Virus record (IMG/VR): IMGVR_UViG_3300011113_000784
Location: 46,968-110,967 of that record
Strand: one strand, 5' to 3'
From: a virus
DNA length: 64,000 nucleotides
The notes beneath the pieces are model-generated. The model was given only the letters and a program-made list of their open reading frames with translations, was not told the origin of the DNA and did not search any database. The stretch's first letter is position 1. Each line of letters opens with the position of its first letter. Shown piece by piece: positions 9,176 through 19,019 of this stretch. Both the position numbers and the translations under genes were made by a program.

Positions 9176-11647
9176 ATGAATACCATATCTGTCGAAGATT
9201 TTAATAAAATTATCAACAATCAATTCAAGAAATTTCCTTTTCATGATGATCCACGATATCAATTCAGGCTTAGATATGAGCTTTTAGAAATAGAAACACA
9301 AAATTGTTGTGATTATTTTATAGATTTGGTCAAACAAAAGAAAAAATTTCTTAATGAAAACAATTTACTTGTCCCAGTGTTACTGGGAATTTGCAATGAA
9401 TTCAATATTGATGAAATGCCCAAAACTAAAACAAATGAATTCCCCGATGTTGATATCGATTTCTTGGCAGATGTTCGTGATTATCTAAAAAACGAATATG
9501 CTCCCAATCAATATAAAGCTGAAAATACATGCTCTATTGGTACTTACGGCAGATATGCTTTAAAGAGCGCCATGATTGATATGGCAAGAATCTATGGATA
9601 TGACCGACAAGAAGTTTTAAATATTACAACAAATTTGAGAATGAAAGACGAAGATGGAGATGAATTGACATATGAAGAAGCTTTAGAAATGTATCCTGAG
9701 TTGAAATCTTATATGGACAAGTATCCAGAATTAGCATTAGCTGTTCAAAAGCTTATTCACAGAGTACGCAATACCGGCAAACATGCTGGCGGTGTAATTG
9801 TTGCCAAGGACGAGATTAATAAGTTTGTTCCATTGATGAAAACCACAGGTGGTGACCAGCTTGTATCACAGTTTGTAGAAGGTTTGGCTACACAAGAATT
9901 AGGACCAATAGGTCTGGTAAAATTCGACTTGCTTGTTGTGTCTGCGTTAGAGCAGACGGGTCACGCAGTAAAAATGATAAAGGATAGGCATAATATCAAA
10001 TTAATTTCAGGTGACAATCACGATTGGGACAACACAGATTATTTGAATGACCCCAAGGCTATTGCGAATGCCAACGAAGCAGATTTGATTGGCATATTCC
10101 AATATGATAGCAATGGGATTAGAGAAGTTGTAAAAGCTTCTGGTATTGATAGTTTTGATGACTTGGTTGCGATTGTCAGTTTGTATCGTCCCGGTCCATT
10201 GAATGCAGAAATGGATCAAGTGTTCATCAGAAGAAAAACAGGACAAGAAGAATATACAATCAATCCCGTGCTTGAACCTGTTCTTAAATCAACTTATGGA
10301 ATTATTATCTACCAAGAACAAGTAATGAGGATTCTGAATGTTGTTGGCAAAATCCCTCTGAAAGATTGCGAAACAATCAGAAAGGCTATTTCTAAAAAGA
10401 AGATATCAAGTTTCATCAAGTATAAAGAACAATTCATTGAAAACGGTGTTAATGTTCTTGGAATTTCCAGAGAAGAAGTCGCTGATATATTTCAGAATAT
10501 TGAATTCTTCTCAGCTTATGGTTTTAACTTAAGTCATGCCACCGCTTATACTTACATCAGCAGCCGACAATTATATTTGAAAACTTATTATCCATTAGAA
10601 TTCTTTACTGCTTTGTTGATGTTGGAAGGTAGTGAAGAGAAGAAGCGCATTTATATTACAGATGCTCAAAATCATGGAATTGAAGTTCGGGCAGTTGACC
10701 TAAACACAAGCAAAGCCAATTTCTCGATACAAGATAATGCCATTTACATTGGTTTTGGCAATATTAAAGGTATCGGAATGGATACTGCCAATAAGATTGT
10801 AGCCTTGCAACCGTTTAAAGACATAGATGATTTTCTTCGTCGGTTTGGCACAGACTCTAGTGTTTTGAAAGCACTGATTCCGTTGAAGGTCTTTGGAGAA
10901 GACACAAAGAGAGCTTACAACTATTGGCAAGCTTTTATGGCTAAGAACAAAAAGGTTGTTGACAAAAATAAGAGATCTAATAAGTCTTATCTCGATCTGA
11001 AGAAGACAGTGTTATATCTGTTGCCTGAAAAGTATAGGAATTTGGAATTGTCTGAAGAATTGTTTTCAATTCTTAAATCAATTAATGATTCTGCTGATGT
11101 GAACAAGCTGCATAAGAAATGGGTGAGGATGAATTCTAAAGAAGAAGCAAAGATTGAAATTTCTTATGAAGACTTTGATGATGATGACATTGTCATCGAA
11201 GATAAAGAGTTGCTGCTTGAATTAAATGATATTTGTGTGGCTGAGAGAAAGTATTATGGGTTTCAGTTTACTTGCAGACTAAGAATGCTAAAGATGTACA
11301 GTGAGAACTGTACATTTGACCGTGTTATTAATTCTCATGCCTTGGGTGCGACTAAGCACATGGTTCAAATTGAAATATTGGATGTCAATAAAAGATATTC
11401 AAAATCTGGTAAGCCCTATTGCCAGTTAGTTGCTATGGATAGTAATTTCAGAATTGAGAGGATTAATGTGTGGGAAGATGATTACGCTATATTCAAACAT
11501 TTGCTTGAGGTTAACAAATGTTTGTCAATGCAGGTCAAACCACCTTCTAATGGATTTTCTACTTATAGCCTAAATTCTCCTCCTAAAAACAGGAGATATT
11601 TACTTCCATCATCAGAGATGGATTTCAGAATTGTTTTAATGGACTAG
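9176..11647 (+). CDS. dnaE: DNA polymerase III alpha, C-terminal half (catalytic palm, fingers, HhH, OB-like)
   Basis: FPDVDIDF, GKHAGG, GLVKFDLL, IFQY, LYRPGP, YQEQVM, YGFNLSHA..Y, IKGIG motifs; no intein. Confidence 0.95.
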   Translation: MNTISVEDFNKIINNQFKKFPFHDDPRYQFRLRYELLEIETQNCCDYFIDLVKQKKKFLNENNLLVPVLLGICNEFNIDEMPKTKTNEFPDVDIDFLADVRDYLKNEYAPNQYKAENTCSIGTYGRYALKSAMIDMARIYGYDRQEVLNITTNLRMKDEDGDELTYEEALEMYPELKSYMDKYPELALAVQKLIHRVRNTGKHAGGVIVAKDEINKFVPLMKTTGGDQLVSQFVEGLATQELGPIGLVKFDLLVVSALEQTGHAVKMIKDRHNIKLISGDNHDWDNTDYLNDPKAIANANEADLIGIFQYDSNGIREVVKASGIDSFDDLVAIVSLYRPGPLNAEMDQVFIRRKTGQEEYTINPVLEPVLKSTYGIIIYQEQVMRILNVVGKIPLKDCETIRKAISKKKISSFIKYKEQFIENGVNVLGISREEVADIFQNIEFFSAYGFNLSHATAYTYISSRQLYLKTYYPLEFFTALLMLEGSEEKKRIYITDAQNHGIEVRAVDLNTSKANFSIQDNAIYIGFGNIKGIGMDTANKIVALQPFKDIDDFLRRFGTDSSVLKALIPLKVFGEDTKRAYNYWQAFMAKNKKVVDKNKRSNKSYLDLKKTVLYLLPEKYRNLELSEELFSILKSINDSADVNKLHKKWVRMNSKEEAKIEISYEDFDDDDIVIEDKELLLELNDICVAERKYYGFQFTCRLRMLKMYSENCTFDRVINSHALGATKHMVQIEILDVNKRYSKSGKPYCQLVAMDSNFRIERINVWEDDYAIFKHLLEVNKCLSMQVKPPSNGFSTYSLNSPPKNRRYLLPSSEMDFRIVLMD

Positions 11648-11655
11648 TTTAATTC

Positions 11656-12093
11656 ATGGAAGATGACATTATAATTGATGATAGCAATTTTCATAAGTAT
11701 TTTCGTAATACCAGAAATAGCAAAAAGCAAAAAAATGACATCGTTGTTATGTTCTATACTTCAGCTGTTTTTGCAACTGGGAAATTAAAGGAAGAAATTG
11801 TTGATTTGTTGGCAACAGAATTTAGCAGTGTGAACAAATGCTTAGGCAAGTTGTTTAAATTTGCTTATGCGCCACATGTAGAAGGCATGAAAATTTGTAA
11901 AAGTATAATAAAAGATTATATCGATGGCATGTCTAAGGATGATATAATAAATAAAGAATATCCTTTTGTATTGCAGATGTTTTTTTACACGAAGGAGAAA
12001 TATATTCCTAGGAATGATAGGCGTTGGTTGGTGGTTCCAGATGAATTCAGAAAAAATAATACGAATTTTGCTGCCCTACAAAGAAAAGACTAA
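11656..12093 (+). CDS. hypothetical protein
   Basis: 145-aa ORF following dnaE. Confidence 0.65.
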   Translation: MEDDIIIDDSNFHKYFRNTRNSKKQKNDIVVMFYTSAVFATGKLKEEIVDLLATEFSSVNKCLGKLFKFAYAPHVEGMKICKSIIKDYIDGMSKDDIINKEYPFVLQMFFYTKEKYIPRNDRRWLVVPDEFRKNNTNFAALQRKD

Positions 12094-12583
12094 TGCTTTC
12101 AGCGTAGCGCTTTCTAAAAGAAATGATTTTTTTGTTGTAGAGCAATTCTACAATTGTAGGGAAATATTTCATGAAGACTTTCCTACAACTAAAAATTTGC
12201 TTATTTGTGTGCCATCTTATAAAAAAAATAGAATTATAAAATTGTTTGAATATTTAGAAAACAAATTAAATGTTTTGAAAAAATCAAAAGTATTCATTAC
12301 ACAAAGAAAGAACATATTCTTTGTAAAACTAAGTGTTTTTTGGCAATCAAGAATGAAGTTCAGTTTATTAACACTTTTGATAAGGGCAGGATTAAGGATT
12401 TCTGATGGCTTGTCATTGGATAAAATTATGAACAAGTCATCTTATTTAAAGAAAACTTCCAATGCTTTTTATGTTTTCTTTTCAGGAAATACTAAATATT
12501 CTGGAAAAAAAAATTCTTGGTTTAAAGAATTTAGAAATAAAAGCATGGAAGAATGTGAAAAATTGTTAAAAAAGAGGCGATAA
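12041..12583 (+). CDS. hypothetical basic protein
   Basis: probable ATG start at 12041 (MNSEKII). Confidence 0.55.
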   Translation: MNSEKIIRILLPYKEKTNAFSVALSKRNDFFVVEQFYNCREIFHEDFPTTKNLLICVPSYKKNRIIKLFEYLENKLNVLKKSKVFITQRKNIFFVKLSVFWQSRMKFSLLTLLIRAGLRISDGLSLDKIMNKSSYLKKTSNAFYVFFSGNTKYSGKKNSWFKEFRNKSMEECEKLLKKRR

Positions 12584-12598
12584 ATAATATATAAATGG

Positions 12599-13342
12599 AT
12601 GGAGGGCGATATGTCTGAAATTACTGAATGGGAAAAGCAAAAGAATTTCATCAAAGATCTTTGTGACACTTGGGAAAAGTCTAAGCAAGAGAAAACCGTT
12701 GATACAGATAAAATCGTTGAAAACAAAGCATATTGCACACTCAAAGAATCATTTGATTACACCAGTGCAAATTACATGAGTGATTGGGACAGGATTTTCA
12801 ATCATCAGTCAAAATTTATTTCAGAAGATGGCGATGGCAGCATTCTTAATGAAGCAACCAAGAAATCCGCTAAAAAAAAAGTAAGTAAAAAGAAAGCTCC
12901 TTCAGCTAAGAAAGCTATCATGAAGGAGAATAAGCCAAATAAGAAACCTTATGATTTACTAAATCCAGATGCTTTCAAGTATGTGGATTTGAAATCAAGC
13001 ATCGAAGAACCTTATTCCGATGACACTGCTCTTACCCCCAAGGTTAAGAAGTTGGCTAATCTTCCTAACAAGGTTGATTCTTACACTTATGGCAGAGATG
13101 GTTCTGACAAGAGTGGCAAGACCAAAGTTGCTGCTGGTTGGACCGAAGATCCTAATATGCGTAAGTTAGAAGATCTCAAAAAGAAGCTTTATGATCTTGA
13201 GTGCAAGATGAGTAAACCAGATGGTCTTGATGAAGTAAAAGCAAAAAAAATGCAAAAGCAGTTTACTAAGTTAAATAATGACATCGCTGATTTAAGCGAT
13301 AAGTTTGCTGGTGATTATAAGACCAATCATTATTATGGATGA
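12599..13342 (+). CDS. hypothetical protein, Lys-rich linker and C-terminal coiled coil
   Basis: TAAATA upstream; GGAGGG RBS suits ATG 12611. Confidence 0.7.
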   Translation: MEGDMSEITEWEKQKNFIKDLCDTWEKSKQEKTVDTDKIVENKAYCTLKESFDYTSANYMSDWDRIFNHQSKFISEDGDGSILNEATKKSAKKKVSKKKAPSAKKAIMKENKPNKKPYDLLNPDAFKYVDLKSSIEEPYSDDTALTPKVKKLANLPNKVDSYTYGRDGSDKSGKTKVAAGWTEDPNMRKLEDLKKKLYDLECKMSKPDGLDEVKAKKMQKQFTKLNNDIADLSDKFAGDYKTNHYYG

Positions 13343-13535
13343 TTTAGAAAAAAAATTCATGATTCGTTGTTTGAAATGCCGGTGGGCTGAAACCTCCACC
13401 GGCATTTCTGCTGATTTGACTCATTTAACAGAGATACCTCGTACATGCATGAATTGCGGTACTCCTCGTCAATTTAAATGTCCCAAATGCGGTCGTCCTG
13501 CCAAGATGATGCGGATCAAGAAAAGTGCCCCTTAA
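13335..13535 (+). CDS. small Zn-ribbon protein
   Basis: CLKC, CMNC, CPKC; probable ATG 13335. Confidence 0.65.
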   Translation: MDDLEKKFMIRCLKCRWAETSTGISADLTHLTEIPRTCMNCGTPRQFKCPKCGRPAKMMRIKKSAP

Positions 13536-14664
13536 ATTCATTAAAAAAGAAACAAATAGAAAAATATTATTTAACGAGTTATCGTTTAATAAACATATTT
13601 TCAATGAGGAAAAAGATTTCCAAAAAAAGCTATTTTATCTTTCATTTGGTGAATTCGGTTGTGAAACATTATTGCCATCATTTTTGATTCCAAGAGTTAA
13701 TAATAATTTCCCTGAATACAGAAAGATAATTGTCGGATGGAGCAATAGGGAGTATTTTTATCGTGAGTTGTGTGATGAATATTGGGAATTAGACTCTAAG
13801 TACATGTCTTTGAAAGATTATTCATATGCTTTTGAAAGCACTGCTGTTGAAATTTTAAGTATTTATAAAAGACTTAGTCCTCTTGGCGTTGTAATCGATG
13901 GCACAAAGATTGGTAAATTGTGTGTTAGGGCTAAATGTAAAAAATGTGCTTTTGAATTTGAAGTTGATCGTGGAGATATTTATTGTCCAAAATGTTATTC
14001 AGATAATATTGAAAAGTCTTTGTTTCAAGGATCAAAAATTTATAGAAAGTACGCTGTTCCTTTACCACATATTAGCAAAAAATATGAAGATTTTGCCAAT
14101 AATTATGTTCCAGAAAATACTGTTGCATTGTTTGCTAGAAATAGAAAAACATATAAAAGGAATTTGACTGTTAATCATTATGAAAAACTGATAAACATGA
14201 TAACATCTTTAGGTTATAATATTGTTTTGCTTGGGGAAAATGTTTCTTCTTATAATTTGAAAAATGATAAAATAATTAATTTTATGGATCATCAATTAGC
14301 TGGCAATTTGGAAGCTGCTTTTGCAATTGTTAATCGTTGTGTTTTTTCTTTGCAATTTTTTACAGCTTCAAGTCGAATTAGTAGTATGTTAGGAAAACCT
14401 TTTATTTTATTCGAATCAATTGATCAAATATATGGAAGAGGTCAAGAGGGAATGAGATTATCTTTGATGACAAAAAACTATAATAATAAGAAGATAGTAT
14501 TAGCTAATTTTTTAGATGTTTTTGAAAATACAGACGAATCAATTGAATTAGCTAGAAAGGCTATACATGAATTGATCGTAGAGAACAATGCTAATGATTT
14601 GTTTTTGCGACCAAGTGCGTATGCCTCTTCAATACAAGAAAGCAGCATGAAAAGATTATGGTAA
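13525..14664 (+). CDS. putative glycosyltransferase-like (GT-B/GT9-like) protein with inserted Zn ribbon
   Basis: FGEFG...GW...DEYWEL N-lobe, CKKC/CPKC insert, ALFARNR..KRNL, IVLLG; weak fold inference. Confidence 0.4.
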   Translation: MPLKFIKKETNRKILFNELSFNKHIFNEEKDFQKKLFYLSFGEFGCETLLPSFLIPRVNNNFPEYRKIIVGWSNREYFYRELCDEYWELDSKYMSLKDYSYAFESTAVEILSIYKRLSPLGVVIDGTKIGKLCVRAKCKKCAFEFEVDRGDIYCPKCYSDNIEKSLFQGSKIYRKYAVPLPHISKKYEDFANNYVPENTVALFARNRKTYKRNLTVNHYEKLINMITSLGYNIVLLGENVSSYNLKNDKIINFMDHQLAGNLEAAFAIVNRCVFSLQFFTASSRISSMLGKPFILFESIDQIYGRGQEGMRLSLMTKNYNNKKIVLANFLDVFENTDESIELARKAIHELIVENNANDLFLRPSAYASSIQESSMKRLW

Positions 14665-15803
14665 CACAAATTGATATCAAAGAAATTATTGAATCTGCCG
14701 CAGTTAGAGGTGATTTCAATAGAGAAAAGTTTGATTCTAAAAACATACCTGACAATATGCAAAAAATTATTGTTATGCCAATATTTGGTGACATTAATCA
14801 TGTGATTGTATTTGCCAATTTTATTTTTCCAACTATTAGGAATGACATTAATCTAAAAGATAAATACATTATCATTGTTACTTGGAAGGGATTCTCAAAG
14901 TTCTTTGCTGATGCTGATGAAGTATGGTCTATTAAAAGCAATGAAAACATTGACAGGTTCTATGAGAAAAGCGAAGGATTTTTTAATAAATCTGAAATGT
15001 TAAATGTGGTATACAGAAGTCTCAACGAATTTTTTAGAAATGTAATTGATCCAGCAAAATTCTCCAATCAATTTCATTTTGGATTCAAAAAAGATAACAT
15101 TAAGAATAAAAATGTTGAAATAATTAAAAATAAACTGCCAAATCTTAATTATTTGAATCAAGCAATTCTCAATCAAATCAATAGTCTCGGTGATAAAAAA
15201 GTTTTTATAACTCCATTTAAATTCTTACGACAATGGAACTTAGGAAAAGTTAATAATTATAAATTGTCTTCAACATTTTATATTAATGTAATTGATTCTT
15301 TAATAAAAAGAGATTATAAGTGTGTAGTAATTAAGAATTATTTAACTTTTGATGTATCAAATAATTATTTGAATAATCCTAATGTTGTTTTTGTGCAAGA
15401 AGATGATTGGTTCATGGTGATGGCATACATGCTTGCAACTAAAATGTATGTTGATTTGTTTTGTGGTTTGAATTCTCTAGCTATTTATTGTGGTTGTCCC
15501 AGTGTAACAGTGACTGAGAGGAATATGTATATTTCATCTAATCATAAAGAGATAGAAATGTGCATGAGTAATAAAATATTTGATCATAAAGTCTTTTCAT
15601 TTTTTGAGTTAAATTACAATTTACTTGATAAAAAATTGTTTTTCATAGATAAATTAATTTGTCAAATTGAGGAAGCTAGTTCGAATAAGATTGATTTTGT
15701 TGAATCAAGATACAATATTGATCTTAATGCTGCTGTTGTTGAAAAAACAAAAAAGTTGCAGCCTAGATTTATTGGTTTGAATAAAAAGGTAATTGAGGAT
15801 TAA
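14658..15803 (+). CDS. paralog of preceding GT-like protein
   Basis: FGDI...TWKG...ADEVWSI parallels the previous ORF. Confidence 0.4.
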   Translation: MVTQIDIKEIIESAAVRGDFNREKFDSKNIPDNMQKIIVMPIFGDINHVIVFANFIFPTIRNDINLKDKYIIIVTWKGFSKFFADADEVWSIKSNENIDRFYEKSEGFFNKSEMLNVVYRSLNEFFRNVIDPAKFSNQFHFGFKKDNIKNKNVEIIKNKLPNLNYLNQAILNQINSLGDKKVFITPFKFLRQWNLGKVNNYKLSSTFYINVIDSLIKRDYKCVVIKNYLTFDVSNNYLNNPNVVFVQEDDWFMVMAYMLATKMYVDLFCGLNSLAIYCGCPSVTVTERNMYISSNHKEIEMCMSNKIFDHKVFSFFELNYNLLDKKLFFIDKLICQIEEASSNKIDFVESRYNIDLNAAVVEKTKKLQPRFIGLNKKVIED

Positions 15804-15806
15804 AAT

Positions 15807-16082
15807 ATGTCACGCAAGGCTAATGTTAGGGTTGTTTCAAAAGATAACGGTTATGATGATAACAGAGAGAAATCATTTAAATCTCTTCTTAGTGCATTTC
15901 GTCAAGCTGTAAACAAGGCTGGCATTTTGAGAGAGTATAGGCTTCGTGAATCTTATGAAAGTCCTGCTCAAAGAAGAAGGCGTAAGGAAAGAGAAAAAGA
16001 AGCTACTATTCTTAAAAATCAAATGCGTGAGAGTTTTCCTGTTAAAAAGAAAGAAAAGCCATGTCCGAAAAACAAAAAGTAA
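15807..16082 (+). CDS. rpsU: ribosomal protein bS21
   Basis: LLSAFRQAVNKAGILREYRLRESYESPAQRRRRK matches the bS21 pattern. Confidence 0.85.
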   Translation: MSRKANVRVVSKDNGYDDNREKSFKSLLSAFRQAVNKAGILREYRLRESYESPAQRRRRKEREKEATILKNQMRESFPVKKKEKPCPKNKK

Positions 16083-16372
16083 TTACTTTTGGCGTACCTG
16101 AATCCTTTTACCAAAAGGTAAATGATGCAGCCCTTTCAAGGGGTCAAAAAATTTCTGACTACATGAAGAAATTTGTTAATGATTATTTCAATGACGACAT
16201 GACAGTTTCAAGAATTGTTTTGGATGTTCCTAGGGACAAGCGTGGTGACAAAGCTTATTTGAAAGCTTGGTTCAAACAAAAATCTGATTATTTAGTTGAG
16301 CATTTTTATCAACAATATCAAAACGAACAAAGTCCAAATAATACTCCAACGGCACATGAGGATGTGGGCTAA
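16061..16372 (+). CDS. ribbon-helix-helix DNA-binding protein
   Basis: VITFGVPESFYQKV..AA..RGQKISDYM CopG-like pattern. Confidence 0.5.
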   Translation: MSEKQKVITFGVPESFYQKVNDAALSRGQKISDYMKKFVNDYFNDDMTVSRIVLDVPRDKRGDKAYLKAWFKQKSDYLVEHFYQQYQNEQSPNNTPTAHEDVG

Positions 16373-16626
16373 TGCCTCTTAGTTTAGCTCAAGTTTATGA
16401 TATTTGTTTGGCAACAGATCCAGATGGCAAATGTTGTCGTTATCTGTCTCAAGATGGTCAAGGTTCTGATTATCATTGTTTAAAAAAATCAAAATTTAAA
16501 AAAGAAATAGATGAAGAGACAAGTAGCGGTGTTTTTAAAGGATTGAAAATTCCACAAGGTGATAATTGCGAAGGTTATCCTATTTTTTCTCATTTAGTTG
16601 TAGGATATGACATAAAAAATCCTTGA
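16372..16626 (+). CDS. Cys-rich hypothetical protein
   Basis: CL..CCRYL..CLK..GDNCEG. Confidence 0.6.
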   Translation: MPLSLAQVYDICLATDPDGKCCRYLSQDGQGSDYHCLKKSKFKKEIDEETSSGVFKGLKIPQGDNCEGYPIFSHLVVGYDIKNP

Positions 16627-16650
16627 CTTCGAAAATTTTCTTGTTAAACT
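16623..16650 (+). promoter_or_regulatory. sigma70-type promoter
   Basis: TTGACT-16nt-(TG)-TAAACT. Confidence 0.5.
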
Positions 16651-16690
16651 TCGGCAGTTATGAAGCGAATGGATTTGCGAGGGCTTTAGC

Positions 16691-17104
16691 ATGATGCACA
16701 GTCTCAAAAATGTGATGGTTATTGATTGCCAAGATGATGTGGAATTCTATGCCGAAGGCAATTATTTAGAAGAAATGTTTGACAAAGTTTTTTTAAATTT
16801 AAACGATAGCGATGGAATTCCATTAAAAGGAAGAGCAAAATATAAAAATAATTTCAATGATATTCTTGAAAAGTGTAATATAGAAAATTCTATAGATTTG
16901 GTTTACAAACTTTTAAACAAACATGTTTCCAAGCAAGATGATGGATATTATGTGGATAATGATGAATCGGTTCCTTCTCCTGATGTATTAAAAGTTCTTG
17001 AATTTTTAAGTCATTTGCATGACAAGAAGATTCCTAAAAGATTTGTGGGTGGTTTTTTGATTCTTATGGTCAAATTTGTTTATTTTCCTTTAATTAATGT
17101 GTAA
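16691..17104 (+). CDS. hypothetical protein
   Basis: GAGGG RBS; 137 aa. Confidence 0.6.
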   Translation: MMHSLKNVMVIDCQDDVEFYAEGNYLEEMFDKVFLNLNDSDGIPLKGRAKYKNNFNDILEKCNIENSIDLVYKLLNKHVSKQDDGYYVDNDESVPSPDVLKVLEFLSHLHDKKIPKRFVGGFLILMVKFVYFPLINV

Positions 17105-17113
17105 ATAATTAAT

Positions 17114-17455
17114 ATGGCATGTTTTGAAGAATATAATCTTTTGTGGTTGAATTCTGATTTTGCCAGCAAAAAACCTGCAAAAGAACATTCATTTCTTTAC
17201 AAGTATTTCAAAAATAAAATTCAAAAATTAGCAATGGAGTATTTTTATGTGATGGGGGAAGAAAATATATACCATTTTCAAGATCATACAGGATACAAAG
17301 TTTCCCCATCTTTTTTATGCAAGCAATATTTTAAATTTAAAAGTTTAATGGGCATATATAATAAAGCAAAGAAAAACTTTGACTTTGAAGTTCTGCGTGA
17401 TTTAGATCAAGGCAGAATCAAAATTAAAGATTTAGGAGAAAAAAATGCTAATTAA
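17114..17455 (+). CDS. hypothetical protein
   Basis: TAAATA 6 nt upstream. Confidence 0.6.
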   Translation: MACFEEYNLLWLNSDFASKKPAKEHSFLYKYFKNKIQKLAMEYFYVMGEENIYHFQDHTGYKVSPSFLCKQYFKFKSLMGIYNKAKKNFDFEVLRDLDQGRIKIKDLGEKNAN

Positions 17456-17666
17456 GTATACTGATTGGCGAAAAATGCACGAATCATCACCAATGACCCG
17501 ACAAAGGCTTGGCTGGGGCAGGATGGGTACTTATCCGCTTAGAGCCGATTTCATGTCTCATAGCACTCCACCACCAGACATTATGAATAAATTAATAGAT
17601 ACTTTTGGGACTACAGACGGTAAAATTAAACCAAAGCACAAGAAACATAGGAAGAAACATGGTTAA
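17445..17666 (+). CDS. small basic protein with CTS-like N-terminus
   Basis: AGGAG RBS; MLIKYTDWRKMHE; KKHRKKH tail. Confidence 0.6.
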   Translation: MLIKYTDWRKMHESSPMTRQRLGWGRMGTYPLRADFMSHSTPPPDIMNKLIDTFGTTDGKIKPKHKKHRKKHG

Positions 17667-18429
17667 TTGCAGGTATTTATCCAATTCGTTGACATCAACA
17701 AGCTGTGGTTGCAACACCGCAATCGCAGAAATGCCTATTTATGTTGTAAAACAACATAGCACATACCCTCCATTTAAAGTTGATGTTACAGATTGCAACG
17801 GTGAACCTTATGATTTGAAAGATTTAGTCGTTGAAGCTGCTATGTGGACAAATGCTAAATTAAAGACGGCATTAACAATTACAGATAATTTAATCAGATT
17901 TGCTGACAATATTGGTTATGATAGTGTTGGTCCTAATTCGATTCTTCATGTTTCAAATGGTAGAGATTTTGAAAGAATGTCAATTGTTGGATTTGACGAT
18001 GTTAATAAAGTCATTCAGGTAAACAGAGGCGCTTGCTCAACTACTGTTCGTCCTTGGGCAAAAGGATCTTCTGTAAGAATATTAAGATTTTTCAATTCTC
18101 CAGCTTCTTCTGAGCTTACTTACTACGATAGAGAAAATATTGACGGAACAACAACGCAAAATGTTTTACAAAGAAGCACACTCATTTATGAATGGCAACC
18201 TGAAGATGTTTGTTTCATTGGCAAATATTACTTTGAGTTTAAAGTTTTGAAAATGAATTTGTTGGTTAATTTGAACGCTTATGATCCTGCGACTGTCAGT
18301 ATCACACCAGTTAGCCAAATTGATTATCATTGTGATCTGGGTCTTGGTGTTGAATGGGCAAGAAGATTCCCAAATGATAAAGAAGGCTTTGTAATTGAAG
18401 TTACCAGTAGTCCAACAGCGGAGTGTTAA
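17659..18429 (+). CDS. virion structural protein, BppU-N-like domain with insertion
   Basis: VKQ..T.P......D.NG.PYDL and YEWQPED...G.YYFEF.V...FP motifs; inserted E....V.RG..T....W..G..V module. Confidence 0.55.
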   Translation: MVNCRYLSNSLTSTSCGCNTAIAEMPIYVVKQHSTYPPFKVDVTDCNGEPYDLKDLVVEAAMWTNAKLKTALTITDNLIRFADNIGYDSVGPNSILHVSNGRDFERMSIVGFDDVNKVIQVNRGACSTTVRPWAKGSSVRILRFFNSPASSELTYYDRENIDGTTTQNVLQRSTLIYEWQPEDVCFIGKYYFEFKVLKMNLLVNLNAYDPATVSITPVSQIDYHCDLGLGVEWARRFPNDKEGFVIEVTSSPTAEC

Positions 18430-18966
18430 ATTTTGGTAGATATCAATCGTTTGCGTGTTAATTTTCATATTCGCATCCCACAAGTGAGAGTAATGCAAAA
18501 TGGAGATCAGCTAGGCATTATGCCTACAGAAAAAGCTAGAAATTTAGCTTTTGATCAAGGATTAGATTTGGTTGAAATGGTGCCAAATGCTCATCCTCCA
18601 GTTTGTCATATTCTTGACTATTCCAAGTACAAATATGAACAAAAGGTAAAGCATAAAGAGCATATGAAAAAACAGCGTGAGATGGTTCAAGCTGTTAAAG
18701 AAATAAGACTTTCTCCAGCAATTGGTCAACATGATCTTGATATTAAAATCAAACATATTGTTGAATTTTTGCATGATGATAAAAAAGTGCAAATTTTTAT
18801 GAAGTTTAGATCTAGGGAAATGCAACACAAGGATGTTGGATTTGAAAAAATTAATCAGATCTTAGAAAAATGCAAAGAAGTGGCATCAATAGAACTTCAT
18901 CCTAAATTTGAAGGATCAAAATTAATTTGTCGATTAGCTCCTCAAAAAACAAAAGTTTCAAACTAA
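18430..18966 (+). CDS. infC: translation initiation factor IF-3
   Basis: RVN..IR...VRV, GLDLVE..PNA.PPVC.ILDY.KYKYE, VKEIRLSP.I..HDL..K; start ATT (18430) or TTG (18433). Confidence 0.95.
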   Translation: MLVDINRLRVNFHIRIPQVRVMQNGDQLGIMPTEKARNLAFDQGLDLVEMVPNAHPPVCHILDYSKYKYEQKVKHKEHMKKQREMVQAVKEIRLSPAIGQHDLDIKIKHIVEFLHDDKKVQIFMKFRSREMQHKDVGFEKINQILEKCKEVASIELHPKFEGSKLICRLAPQKTKVSN

Positions 18967-19019
18967 TTTAAATTACATTGTGTTTCTAAGGGCAATGTAA
19001 TAAACAGAGGATTATAAAA

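Noticed and set aside
8700-9430. Split intein or self-splicing intron joining the dnaE halves
   Set aside because: No intein block A/G residues at either end, no recognisable group I/II structure, and the gap holds an ordinary antisense gene.
18972-19001. CIRCE element before groES
   Set aside because: Sequence and spacing differ from TTAGCACTC-N9-GAGTGCTAA.
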